DNA from: Chrysochromulina tobinii
Taxonomy: Eukaryota
Assembly (NCBI GenBank): GCA_001275005.1
Contig: JWZX01003320.1
Coordinates: 54,764-74,763 of the forward strand
DNA length: 20,000 nt
Direction: 5' to 3'
Shown piece after piece: positions 8,207-19,537 of this stretch. The position numbers and the translations under genes are program-made. The notes under the pieces were generated by a model. It ran no database searches and was not told the origin of the DNA. It was given only the letters and a program-made list of their open reading frames with translations. Position 1 is the first letter of the stretch, and the number at the start of each line of letters is the position of its first letter.

Positions 8207-11200
8207 ATGGTCTTGCCCACGTTCTTGGCGTTGATGAGCGTGCCCGACCCACTGATGAGCGTGGCTCCACCGCCCCCGTTCATCATCGAGCCCATGCTGC
8301 CGCCGCGCGCAAAGCCCCCCAAGCTGGCCCCCACATCCCACGAGTGGGCCGTCCAGGCGGGCGGTGGATCGAGTGAGGCCGCAGGCCGCGCAATTGCGAC
8401 CGATGGCGCAGGAGGGGCACTCGTGACCGGTCACTTCACGACTGCAGGTTTATTCGGCTCCAAGTCGCTCCTAAGCCGCGGCGGGGAAGACGCTTTCGTG
8501 ATGCACGTGACGGCGTCAGGGGACATCGACTGGGCCGTCCAGGCAGGTGGCACGGGTATCAATGACGAAGCGCGCAGCTCGGGCATCGCGCACGATGGCG
8601 CGGGGGGCGCTTTCGTGACGGGAGTTTTCAGTGGCACGGCATCGTTCGGCGATACGTCACTCACAAGCCGCGGCTCTTTCGACGCTTTCGTGCTCCACGT
8701 GACGGCGTCGGGGCTCATCGACTGGGCCGTCCAGGCGGGAGGCGCGTCCTACGACCAAGGCTTCGGCATCGCGCACGATGGCACGAACGGTGGTGCTTTC
8801 GTGACGGGCACCTTCGCTGGCGAAGCGCACTTCGGCTCGTACGCCGTGACAAGCCGCGGCGTGTACGCCGTATTTGTGATGCACGTGACGGCGTCGGGCG
8901 TCATCGACTGGGTCGTCCAGGCGGGCGGCAAGGGCACTGATAATGTAGGCCGCGGCATCGCACACGACGGCTCAGGGGGTGCTCTTGTGACGGGTACATT
9001 CGATGGCAGCGCTTCACAACCATGCTTCTCCTCGACTTCATCAGCATGCCATGCATGGTTCGGCTCGACCACGCTCACAACCCATGGCGATCTCGACACC
9101 TTTGTGATGCACGTGACGGCGTCGGGGGCCATCGACTGGGCCGTCACGGCGGGTACCTCGGCCCTTGATTGGGAGTGCATTTTCTGCGAAGTTTATGTCC
9201 TTGGCGTAGGCATCGCGCACGATGGCGCGGGGGGTGCTCTCGTGACGGGCGCATTCAAGGGTGAGGCATTCTTCGGTTCGAAATCGCTTAAAAGCCGCGG
9301 CATATACGACGACGTTTTCGTGATGCACGTGACGGCGTCGGGGGCCGTCGACTGGGCCGTCCAGGCGGGCGGCGCGTCCTACGACCAAGGCAACGGCATC
9401 GCGCACGATGGCGCGAACGGTGGTGCTTTCGTGACGGGGTGCTTCGCTGGCGAAGCACACTTCGGCTCGTACGCCGTGACAAGCCGCGGCGTGCACTCCG
9501 TATTTGTGATGCACGTGACGGCGTCGGGCGTCATCGACTGGGTCGTCCAGGCGGGCGGCATGGGCACTGATAACTTCGGTCGCGGCATCGCACACGATGG
9601 CTCGGGGGGTGCTCTCGTGACGGGTACCTTCGATGGCAGCGCTTCACAACCATGCTTCTCCTCGACTTCATCAGCATGCCAAGCATGGTTCGGCTCGACC
9701 ACGCTCGCAACCCATGGCGATCTCGACACCTTTGTGATGCACGTGACGGCGTCGGGGGTCATCGACTGGGCCGTCACGGCGGGTACCTCGACCCTTGATT
9801 GGGAGTGCATTCTCTGCGAAGTTTATGTCCTTGGCGTAGGCATCGCGCACGATGGCGCGGGGGGTGCTCTCGTGACGGGCGCATTCAAGGGCGAGGCATT
9901 CTTCGGTTCGAAATCACTCAAAAGCCGCGGCGGCATATACGACGACGTCTTCGTGATGCACGTGACGGCGTCGGGGGCCATCGACTGGGCCGTCCAGGCG
10001 GGCGGCGCGTCCTACGACCAAGGCAACGGCATCGCGCACGACGGCGCGGGCGGTGCTTTCGTGACGGGTGATTTCATGGGCGAAGCATCGTTCGGCTCGA
10101 TGTCGCTCGTAAGCCTCGGCGGTTCCGACGCTTTCGTGATGCACGTGACATCCTCGGGGGCCATCGATTGGGCCGTCCAGCTGGGTGGTGCGGCCGTCGC
10201 ACCTCCCTTCGACGTAGCATATGGCATCGCGTACGATGACACGCTCGAAGCAGGTGCTCTCGTGACGGGCGCTTTCAGGGGCGAGGCATCGTTCGGCTCG
10301 AACTCACTTGCAAACCGTGGCGCTGCTGCTTCTTGCTTTGTTGCGTCTCTAGAGCCGCCGCCCCCAGAGGAGCCTCCACTGGCTACGACATGCAACGGTG
10401 GATTCGTCTCGAGTCGAGTCGAGTCGCTCGCTTTGGGTCGAGTGGTTTGCAATGCTGAGCCGGGGTCTCGATCTTGGACCCCCGGGGGTGGCCAGGAGGC
10501 ATGTGAGGCGAGGGGCTGCTGCTGGGTGCCAGTGCAGATGGGCGATCCACCGGGGACCCCGGGGTGCTTCTACCTGGTCGCACCGTCGCCCCCACCGACA
10601 CGGCCACAAGAAGAGGTGCCCTCTGATGTGGTGTCCTCCAATTGGGCCGTCGAGGTGGAAGGCACCGCTTCCTCTTCAGGCAACGGCATCGCGCACGACG
10701 GCGCGGGGGGCGCTTTCGTGACGGGAGTTTTCAGTGGCACGGCATCGTTTGGCGATACGTCACTCACAAGCCGCGGCTCTTTCGACGTTTTCGTGCTCCA
10801 CGTGACGGCGTCGGGGCTCATCGACTGGGCCGTCCAGGCGGGAGGCGCGTCCTACGACTACGACCAAGGCTACGGCATCGCACACGATGGCGCGAACGGT
10901 GGTGCTTTCGTGACGGGTACCTTCGCTGGCGAAGCGCACTTCGGCTCGTACGCCGTGACAAGCCGCGGCGTGTACGCCCGTATTTGTGATGCACGTGACG
11001 GCGTCGGGCGTCATCGACTGGGTCGTCCAAGCGGGCGGCATGGGCACTGATAATGTAGGCCGCGGCATCGCACACGACGGCTCGGGGGGTGCTCTCGTGA
11101 CGGGTACCTTCGATGGCAACGGTGACGAAGCATGGTTCGGCTCGATACCGCTCACATGCCGCGGCCGCTCGAACGACGCTTTCGTGATGCACGTGACGGC

Positions 11201-13254
11201 GTCGGGGGTCATCGACTGGGTCGTCCAGGCGGGCGCCGTGGCCCCGGGTCCAGCATACAGTTCCACTTATGTCGGAGGCCAAGGCCTCGCGCACGATGGC
11301 GCGGGGGGTGCTCTCGTGACGGGCGTGTTCAAGGGCGAAGCATTCTTCGGCTCGACGTATGAATGGAACGGAACACACTCTAAACCAGTTGCTGGATCAA
11401 GACTCAAGAGCCACAGCCAGTACGACTCCGATATGTTCGTCATGCACGTGACGGCGTTGGGGGCCGTCGATTGGGTCGTCCAGGCGGGCGGGTGGGGGTC
11501 AACCCATGGTTCCAACATCGCGCATGATGGCGTCGGCGGTGCTTTCGTGACGGGCGACTTCATGGGCACCGCATCGTTCGGCTCGACGTCGATAGTGAAC
11601 CTCGGCGGCTCCAACACGTTCGTAATGCACGTGACGGCGTCGGGCATCATTGACTGGGCCGTCCGGGCGGGCAGCTCGGATGCGGGGGATCAGGCTTTCG
11701 GATACGAGGGCTCAGGCCGTGGCATCGCATACGATGGCACGGGAGGTGCTTTCGTGACGGGTCATTTTAGGGGCGAGGCATTGTTCGGCTCGACGTCGTT
11801 TGTGAGTCGCGACAGTGACGATGCTTCCTCGTACGCGATGCACGTGACGGCGTCGGGCGTCATCGACTGGGCCTTGCAGCTGGGCGGCGCGGCAGATGAC
11901 ATTGGCCTCAGCATTGCGAGCGACGGCGCGGGGGGTGTTCTTGTGACGGGCCATTTCACAGGCGAAGGAACGTTCGGCTCGAAGACACTTTCAAACCGTG
12001 GGGGGCTCACGGCCTGCTTTGTGGTTTCTCTCGTGCCGACGCTACGTCCACCGGTGCCTGCTCGTCGATTGCCACCTCCCGCGCTGGCTGTCCAGGAAGT
12101 CAGCTCTGGCGTTAGCATCCTACTGGTTGGCGCCGCGCTCGCCTTCACGGCCGCGGTCCTCTTCGCACTCATGCTCTGGTGAGCCCCGCAGCGTCCTTGA
12201 AGCAGAATGACCACGCTTCCTTGGCTGCACTGACCAATTGTGTTTGTCTGTTGGGCGTGCGCACAGGAACGCGCGCCGGCGCAACGCGCAGCTCGCGAGG
12301 GAGAAGGAGCGGCTCACGTACGAGCGCACGTTTGCCCTCCATGCGCTTCACTTCCAGCGCCCTCCTCTCCCCTTCGACGCACAATACAGTGATCACGTCT
12401 CCCACTACTCGAGCCCAGATCACATAGACCACCCGGGACCGATGGCACCGGCCGCCTTCGCTCCGGCCGCCTCCGCTCCGGCCGCCTCCGCTCCGGCCGC
12501 TCGGGCTGCAGGGGCGCCGGCTGGGGATGAGGCGTTCGAGGTCGAGATGTTGCCGATCGGCGAGCCATGCGACACCGCAGGCCGCGTCAGCAGCCCTTGG
12601 CGTCTGATCTTCCCTTCCCGAGTCAAAGCGTCGAGAGTCGAGGGGGGCTTTCTGGACAGTGCAGCCCTCTTGGCCGCTGCGGGGGGCGCTGTGCCGCCCT
12701 CCATCCAAAGCTTGCCGGCCGTTGTCACCGTAGCAGGGCCGCCAGTGCCTTCGTGCGCCGCGGCATCACCCTCGCGGGCTGTAGCGGCATCACCCTCGCG
12801 GGCCGCGGCACTCTCAACTATGGACCGCCTGGATCACATCATAGCGCAGCCTGGCAATCGGCACGGGTCTCGGCATGGCTCTATCGGCGGCGGAAGCAGC
12901 TACGGCACGGAAAGTGAGTGTTCTAGGTACGCAGCTGCGATGGCGATGGCCAGCACAGCACAATCGCTGCCGCAGACACCGCCGCAGTCGCCGCCTCAGA
13001 CGCCGCTGCAGACGCCGCAGTCGCTCGCCCGGGCGGATGCCCTCGAGCGGACGCTGCGATTGTGCGGCTTATTGCCCGAGCCTAGTGCGGCGGAGGAAGC
13101 TTCGCTCCCTGAGGCGCTGGAGGGTCCGGCCTCTCCGAATGGCGACGACGGAGCGGCCTCCCCATGGCCTCCCTATGCCAGCCTGCCACGTGGCTTGACG
13201 GAGCGCGCGCGCCTCGCGGGCCTCGCGGGCCACTCGTTAGGCGCGGGCACCTGA
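8207..13254 (+). CDS. large single-pass membrane protein: 10 + 7 SBBP-like beta-propeller repeats, trefoil-like domain, TM helix, low-complexity cytoplasmic tail (about 1650 aa; contains a +1 frameshift)
   Basis: Joins ORFs 7976-11050, 10986-12182 and 12238-13254. Likely start ATG 8207 (GGCATGG, short hydrophobic MVLPTFLALMS; ATG 8141 is an alternative). Repeats of about 60-85 aa: WAVQAGG..GIAHDGAGGAxVTG.F.G.A.FG...DAFVMHVTASG.ID. CEARGCCW...PGCFY at about 10448-10573. Extra C at 10977-10979 versus the paralogous repeat at 8861-8880. TM ILLVGAALAFTAAVLFALML. The GTGAG..CACAG intron 12179-12266 (88 nt, CTGAC branch-like motif near 12230) restores W-NARRRNAQLAREKER in frame. Confidence 0.85.
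8696..9958 (+). repeat. intragenic tandem duplication of three propeller blades (630/633-bp period)
   Basis: Near-identical blocks start at 8696 and 9326, with a partial third at 9959; antisense shadow ORFs 8749-9180 and 9379-9810 are offset by exactly 630. Confidence 0.93.
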
Positions 13255-13469
13255 TTGCCTCCCTCATCGGGCACCTGATTGCACTCATCATCACGGGGGC
13301 TGAAAAAGCATGTAAAAATACTGAACATTTAAGAGCCCACTCGGGAATCGCACTCCCAACCGCCATTGGTCGTACTGTAGCTCGTACTGTAGCCGACTGG
13401 TCATTCGTTTTTGAACACGTAAGCATGTGCACCCGACACGAAAAAACCAGTCATGAGACATGACCGGCG

Positions 13470-16437
13470 TTAATCTAGTTCTAGATCGGTGTCCCCTGGA
13501 GCCTGAACCATTCCGATGCCATTCTCTGAGTCATCTTCGTAGCAGAAGACTTGGCCTGCCTGGGCCCGTCCATGTTTGCCCGTGGCAGGTCGCGGGAGCA
13601 TATAGGCCACGAGCGAACGTGCCTTACGTCGTGCGGAAGAGGTCTCTGGCGAGGTGCCCTTGACACCCTCGATCAGCGTTAAGTGGACACTATCTCCGTT
13701 GTCGTCGTCGAGGTTGCAAGCGTCGACACCGGCTACACCGCGCGGCCCCGCGAGTGTTGCCTGGGGCTTCCCGGCATCTCGAGGCGGTCCCGCGGATGCC
13801 TCCATGAGCGGCGCCTCCCAACTGTAAGTCCTCTTGAGGATGCGTAAAGGGTACCAAGGGTCGATCACGGCGCCGACAGCGAGCAGCGCCCCGATCACGG
13901 CGCCGACAGCGAGCAGTGCCCGCGGCAGCGCCAACCTTCCGGGCAGTCGTGGAGGAGGAGTAGGAGGAGGCGTAGGAGGAGGCTCCGACAGCCGCGCGGC
14001 TGGCGCCCGCAGCACATGCTGCGGTGATTCCGGCGAGGGATATGCTGAGGGGGGCGGCGCCGACGGCGGCATCTGCCACGGGATCTCCGGTGTTGGGAGA
14101 GGTGGAGGTGGGGAGGGGTCGGGCAGCGGGGGGTGGGAGGGCGGCAACGGCTTCGGCTGTGACGGCAAGGAAGGCTCATCTGCCTTTACATCTGCCTGGC
14201 GGAAGGCCTTATGGGCGGCCCACACGGGCAGTGGCATATCAACGAGCCTCGCGAGAGCCTTCCAACGATCTGAACTACTCGGCTGCTCATCGGCGAGGAG
14301 GTTGTCGAGCAGCAGGTCTATTCACAGAAAGAGGCTCGAACGCGCAAGACAGAGAGGTGAGCGAGGACCAATAAGCGAGGACGCGCTGGAGGTGACACTG
14401 GCGGGGCACGTGCTCGCGCGGCCAGGCCAAGGCCAGGCCATGGCACAGATTCGCTGCAGGGTCATGGGCAGCTCGAGAACGGGTTCGAGACGCCTGCCGC
14501 AGGTTACGCGAGGGCGGCACGGTGCACATGGTTAGAGCCATCTCGGTCACATAGGACCACGCCGCCCCGAGGCCGTATTGCGACGCTGCCCAGCCCACGC
14601 TCGCAACGCTTGGCGACTGCACCGCCCGCCTCTCGAGCTGCTCGAGGCTCGCGCCGCCTGTGTCGATCGGATAGATCTGCGACAAGCTGCGCTCCGTCAT
14701 CCAATAAAACGGGGCGGCATGCACGCCGTGATGCTCTTGTGCGCGCTGCCGGTACCACTCGACGCTGTTCTGCACAGTGAGCACCACCCGGGCGTCCTCG
14801 TGCGCCGCATACAGGAACGGCAAGAGCTGCGCGATGGGCACGTCGGCGACCGCGTCGAGGTCCTTGAGCGCGCCACAGTAGTCAAAGGTGGCAAGCTCAG
14901 AAGGTTTGAGGGCCCAAATCGCCCTTCGGAAGCTCGTCCATGCGTGCTCTCGCCGGGTGCACTCAGCGATGCCCATGCTGTCCGGGCACAGGAACTCGTC
15001 CCAGTGGCCCACGGCCAGACCGAGCTGCTGTACCGCCCACGCATAGGTACCCGTGCCCGTCGCGCCCTGGCCAGCCAGCAGGACGAGCGGACGGCGGCGG
15101 CCGGCACATGAGGAGGCACCGGGCGTGGCCCCTGCCGCCAGGGGGGCAAGGTAGCGCAGCCAGGTGGCACCGGCTGCAAGCATAGTCGGGAGAGGCGGGT
15201 GCACCTTTTGGCCTCGGTCGGAGCGGTCGTGCGCCTGCCAAAACTCATTGTAGCTGAGCCAGAAGGAGACGCAATCGCCACTGGCATGCACATTTCTCGT
15301 GATGCACTCAGGCGGCGCTCCGCGGAAGGGGCGCGTGTCTGCCCACCTAGGCAGAGGCACGTCCGCCAGTTGCGCGAAGCGGCGCCAGCGCTCCGCATCC
15401 ATCTGACGGCGAACGACGTCTGCGTCGGTGCGGTGGTCCGAGAAGACATTGGTGATGATGAGCCGATCGGGCGGCACAAGGCACACGACTAAGGCGAGCT
15501 CTGCAAAGTAACTCCACGAGGCCGCCTTGATACCCATAACCTGCACGTTATGGCCGACGCTGCCTCTGCCGGCATACGTATCACTGATCGACGCGCCGCT
15601 GATCCAGAAGAAAGGTGCCATGTCCGTGCCGCCCTTCCACTGTACCCGTCGAGGGTACCACTCCTCACTTTTTCGAACAGTGAGCACCACCCGGGCGTCC
15701 TCGTGCGCCGCATACAGGAACGGCAAGAGCTGCGGGATGGGCACGTCGGCGATCGCGTCGAGGTCCTTGAGCGCGCCACAGTAGTCAAAGGTGGCAAGCT
15801 CAGACGGTTTGAGGGCCCAAATCGCCCTTCGGAAGCTCGTCCATGCGTGCTCGCGCCGGGTGCACTCAGCGATGCCCATGCTGTCCGGGCACAGGAACTC
15901 GTCCCAGTGGCCTGTAGCGAGCCCCAACTCCCGCGCAGCCCAGGCATACGTCGACGTTCCAGTCTTGCCATCACCCGCCATGATCAGCAGCGGGCGCGTA
16001 CGGCCGGGGCATGTCGACTTTGGTGGCGTGAGCTGATCGAGCAGCGTCGCGCAGGGCAGAGACGTGTTTGGCAGCCGAGGCGGCAGCGGGGGCAGTCCTG
16101 GTGCTGGTGGTGGCGACGACGGCGGGGGCAGTGATGGAAGGGGAAACGGTGACAGCGACGGCAGCAGCGACGGCTGTGCAATAGGAGATGCAGTGGATGC
16201 GGACGGCAAAGGAGATGAGGATGGAGAGGACGCAGGAGGGAAATGGAATGGCGGCGGTAATGTTGGTAGAGATCCGGTACTTGCTGACGGTTGACTGACG
16301 CTGCGTACCACCACCTCATAATAAAGGAGTGCTGATGCAAATCCCATGCTTACCGGCATCAGAAAGATGCAGAGCAGCAACGTGAGAGCTCGAATCAGGG
16401 TTCCTGGGTATGCTACGGTGGATGGACCGTGGCCCAT
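13470..16437 (-). CDS. membrane-anchored protein with two tandem P-loop sulfotransferase-like domains (Sulfotransfer_4-type), 2 exons, about 925 aa
   Basis: Exons 16437-14508 and 14317-13470, intron 14318-14507 (GTAACC..AATAG). Splicing yields VPPSHLLLDNLL..RWKALARLVDMPLPVWA, matching domain 1 VPPDRLIITNVF..RWRRFAQLADVPLPRWA. Motifs MAGDGKTGTSTYAWAARELG, DAIADVP, DARVVLTVRKSEEW. N-terminal hydrophobic anchor, Pro/Ser stems, second hydrophobic segment near the C-terminus. Start codon uncertain. Confidence 0.8.
14774..15912. repeat. near-identical 236-bp patch shared by the two sulfotransferase-like domains (14774-15009 and 15677-15912)
   Basis: 903-bp offset; 4 mismatches counted by eye. Confidence 0.92.
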
Positions 16438-17148
16438 GGAACAGTGCGATGGCCCCACGGCTCTGTGATTGGCTGGGTTGATCCGGATGGTTCGTGGAGA
16501 TCCGACGGTTGAAAGAACATGCCGCGGCGGACCCAAATCTGCCCAAATGCATGTTCTGCAAATGCATGCCCTGTCGAAGCTTGTTTACACGTAGATGGAA
16601 GCTGAAGTTTTGATACTTGAAGGCGGTGACCTCGAGACCTCGAGACCCTGCGAACGTCCGCGCGCACGCCTTTCGCAGCAGCATCCTCACGCCACGGGCC
16701 CCGCGCGCGCGCTATGGCTAACACAGGCGCTGGCGGGGGCGTGGGCGATGGCGTGGGCACCGCCACCCTCGGCTCGCGCACGGGTCGTACGAGCGCGCGA
16801 CGCCATGTGGCGCGCACGCCCCGCCGAGGACGCGCATGTCTCTCGTCGGACGTCGCGACGTCGACACCGTGGACCCGCGTGCGGTCGTGGTTTTGTTCAT
16901 ATCGTCTCAAGCCCGATCCCGAATTTAATCCTAATGATCGGGAGATATCATTGGAGCAGTCGGAGTCGTGGCCAGACCCCCTTCGCCCCCACAGTGAGCA
17001 ACGCCCCGACAATGAACATCTGACAAAAGATTGGGTCGGACGCGCTGCCTCCTTGTGGGAAGCTGGGAACAACTCACGGACCCAGGGAGGCGACGATGCC
17101 AAATCTGGACCTTGTTATTATGGACCTTGCTGCGCGTCGTGGAGCGAA

Positions 17149-19537
17149 TCACAGCTTCTGGTCCACCGTGAGTTTCTGGCGGGGCAGCGGTGGAGGAGCG
17201 GCGCCTGATTTGCCAAATTTGGTGTTCGCACGCTTTCCGAGAGGCGTTGTATCGGGCCGGGCTGCAATCTCGGGTGAGCTCGAGGCAGACGAGGCGTTCC
17301 CATTCCCGACGGTACCAGGAGGGGCGCCGAAGGGTGCGCCTGAGGCAAAGGCGCCGAAGGAGAGGCAGCCGGGCGCACTCGGCGAGGGCAGCGACGAGGC
17401 GCGGGACGAGGCGCGGGACGCGGCCGCCGGTGTCAACGGCAGCTCTGCCAGGAAGTCGAGCGCACGCTGAGAAAGGAGGAGCTCCTCATCAAGAGCCCCA
17501 ATGCTCTCGCGGAGGCTCTCGGCGTCATCCCCCCAACGCGCGCTGAAGCCGCCTCTCTCGATTTCGTCACCCTCGATTTCGTCACCCTCGATTTCGTCAC
17601 CCTCGATTTCGTCACCCTCGATTTCGTCGGCGCTCGCCGCTTCGTTCTCGAAATGGGCGTAGTCACCCTCGTTGCTCGCATCAAATTCGAAACGGCCGAT
17701 CCGCTCGAGGGGCAGACGAAGCTGCTCCGCAAGGCCAGCAGGCAGGCGGGCCGGGAGCCCAGGCACACCCGCCGCGCCGCCAGCCACACTCGCAGCCTCT
17801 GCCGTGGCCGTGCCCGAGCCGCCCGCGACGGCGCCCTTCTCTGTTGGTGAGGGAAGAGCGCAGCGCGGCAGGCTGAGGGCGGCGCCTGCGGCACTACGAG
17901 ACTGCGCGGCGCTGCGGAGCCCCGCGGCGCTGCTGGCGCTGTGGTGGGCACTTCGGGCGCTGTGGTGGGCACTTCCGGCGCTGTGGTGGGCTCTGCGGAT
18001 CCCCTCGGCACTAGCGGCGCCCGCAGCGGCGGCCGTCGCCTCACGCGGCGTGCATAGCGGGCGCGTGGTGCCGCGGGCGGTGCCTGAACGACTGGACGGG
18101 GCGGCGAGCTGCTGTCGGAGCTCAGCAGCTTCGCGCATGCTGTCCTGGGTCTCCATCAGTGCGCGCGAGCGGGCCGCCTCCGCCTCGGTCGCCTGTTGGC
18201 GTGCCACCTTGAGTGCCTCCTCGGTCATGCGGAGCCGCTGTTCCAGCATGGTGAGCGCCTCGCGGAGCCTCGCTGCTTGGGTGTCGCACTGACCAATCTC
18301 GTCAGCGTGTGCGGCGCGCGCGGCCTCCGCCTTGGCATCCGCCTTGGCGAGCGCTGCGCGTAGGGCGTCCGCCTCCGCCGTCGCGGCCACCGCGAGGCGC
18401 CGCGGCGTGAGTGCCGTCGAGCCACGCGACGTGCCGTGGCCGGCCGCGCTTCCAAAGTCCGCAGCGCTCGCCACAGCGCGTGCCTTCGGCTGCGCGGCCG
18501 TTGGCGTCGCGGGCGGCGTGGCGGCCGGGGTGGCAGCGGGCGCCGTCTCGGGCGAGTCGCCGGCGGCGATGGGCGGCGGGCGCGGCGGCAGCGCCGTGTC
18601 GGTGGCGCCACCTTCGGACTCAGCGTCGGCGCCCTCGGCGGCGGGGGCGGCTCCCGCAGAAGCGCCGCAGGTGGGAAAAGGGTCAGGCGTGGCGACGCCT
18701 GAAACGGCGTCGTCGTGAGCGTCGACTTGTGCAGCTCGCGCGGCACCGTGCGTCGGCGTCGCGCGCGCGCGCTCCTCATCCGCCTCCTCCTGCGCGCGGA
18801 CCAGCTCAATGTACCTCTCGGCCGCCTCCGAACGCTCCGAAAGTTGCGCCTTGAGTTGCCCGATTTGGGACAATGCATGCTCGTACAACTGCTTCTCGCG
18901 CACGCGCGTGCGCGCCTCTTGCTGGGCGAGCATGTCGAGCTTAGCGAACTCGGCCTTCTGGAGCGCGCGCTGGTGGCTCGTCCGCAGCTCCTGCTTCTCG
19001 TACAGGTGTGCCAGGACGATCGACTGCTTCTCACGCTCGACGCTATCCACTCGAACGTCCGCCTCTGCCATGAGCTCACGCACGAGCAGCCTGCGCTCGA
19101 CCTCTGCGCGCGCCTCCGACTGGGCGCGCGCGCGCCGTGTCGTCGCGAGCGCCGAGCGCAGCGCGGCCAGCTCGTCGTCGCTGCTTACCCGCTCGGTCGG
19201 CGCCGTCGGCCGAGGCGTGGCCGCCGGTGTGGCGGCCGATGCACCCGCGAGGTGCAAGCGAAGGCGTGGCGTGCTCGGCGCGGGCAGGCGCGCCGCGGCC
19301 GCCGCTTGCAGCGCGAGCGCCGTGCGCCATTGGCTGTAGCGTGCGGCAGAGCAGGCACGTGCGGTGCGCGCTCAACTGCAGTATGATCGTCGCCGCGGTC
19401 GCCTGTCGCCTGAGCGTGCGCTGGCGCTCCTTGGCAGCGGCGAGCCGCGCTGTCTTCGCCTCGACGGATGAGCGGTCCGTGTCGGGCTCCATCAGGACCG
19501 AACGGCCCGTCGGAAGCGTCCAACTGGGACTTGCCAT
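17149..19537 (-). CDS. Ala-rich coiled-coil protein of unknown function with an apparent frameshift near 19340-19370
   Basis: ORF 17149-19257 has long heptad-like stretches (ELAALRSALATT..., LREALTMLEQRLRMTEEAL) but no nearby ATG. Its frame is open up to a TGA near 19372-19374. The overlapping frame from ATG 19537 (MASPSWTLPTG...RLAAAKERQRTLRRQ) joins it with a 1-nt correction (..TCLL/AARYSQWRTALALQ). Confidence 0.65.
17557..17628 (-). repeat. coding 15-bp tandem repeat (about 4.8 copies) encoding (DEIEG)n
   Basis: CTCGATTTCGTCACC repeated on the + strand; a 21-bp x about 3 repeat (AHHSAxS) lies at about 17935-17991. Confidence 0.9.

Noticed and set aside
8342..12030. Diversity-generating retroelement template/variable repeat pair
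   Set aside because: All copies are coding, differences are not adenine-specific, and there is no reverse transcriptase in the window.
16595..17208. ORFs between the sulfotransferase-like and coiled-coil genes (16714-17208 +, 16413-17102 -)
   Set aside because: No recognisable domain or consistent codon signal; cannot be supported, though a small gene is not excluded.
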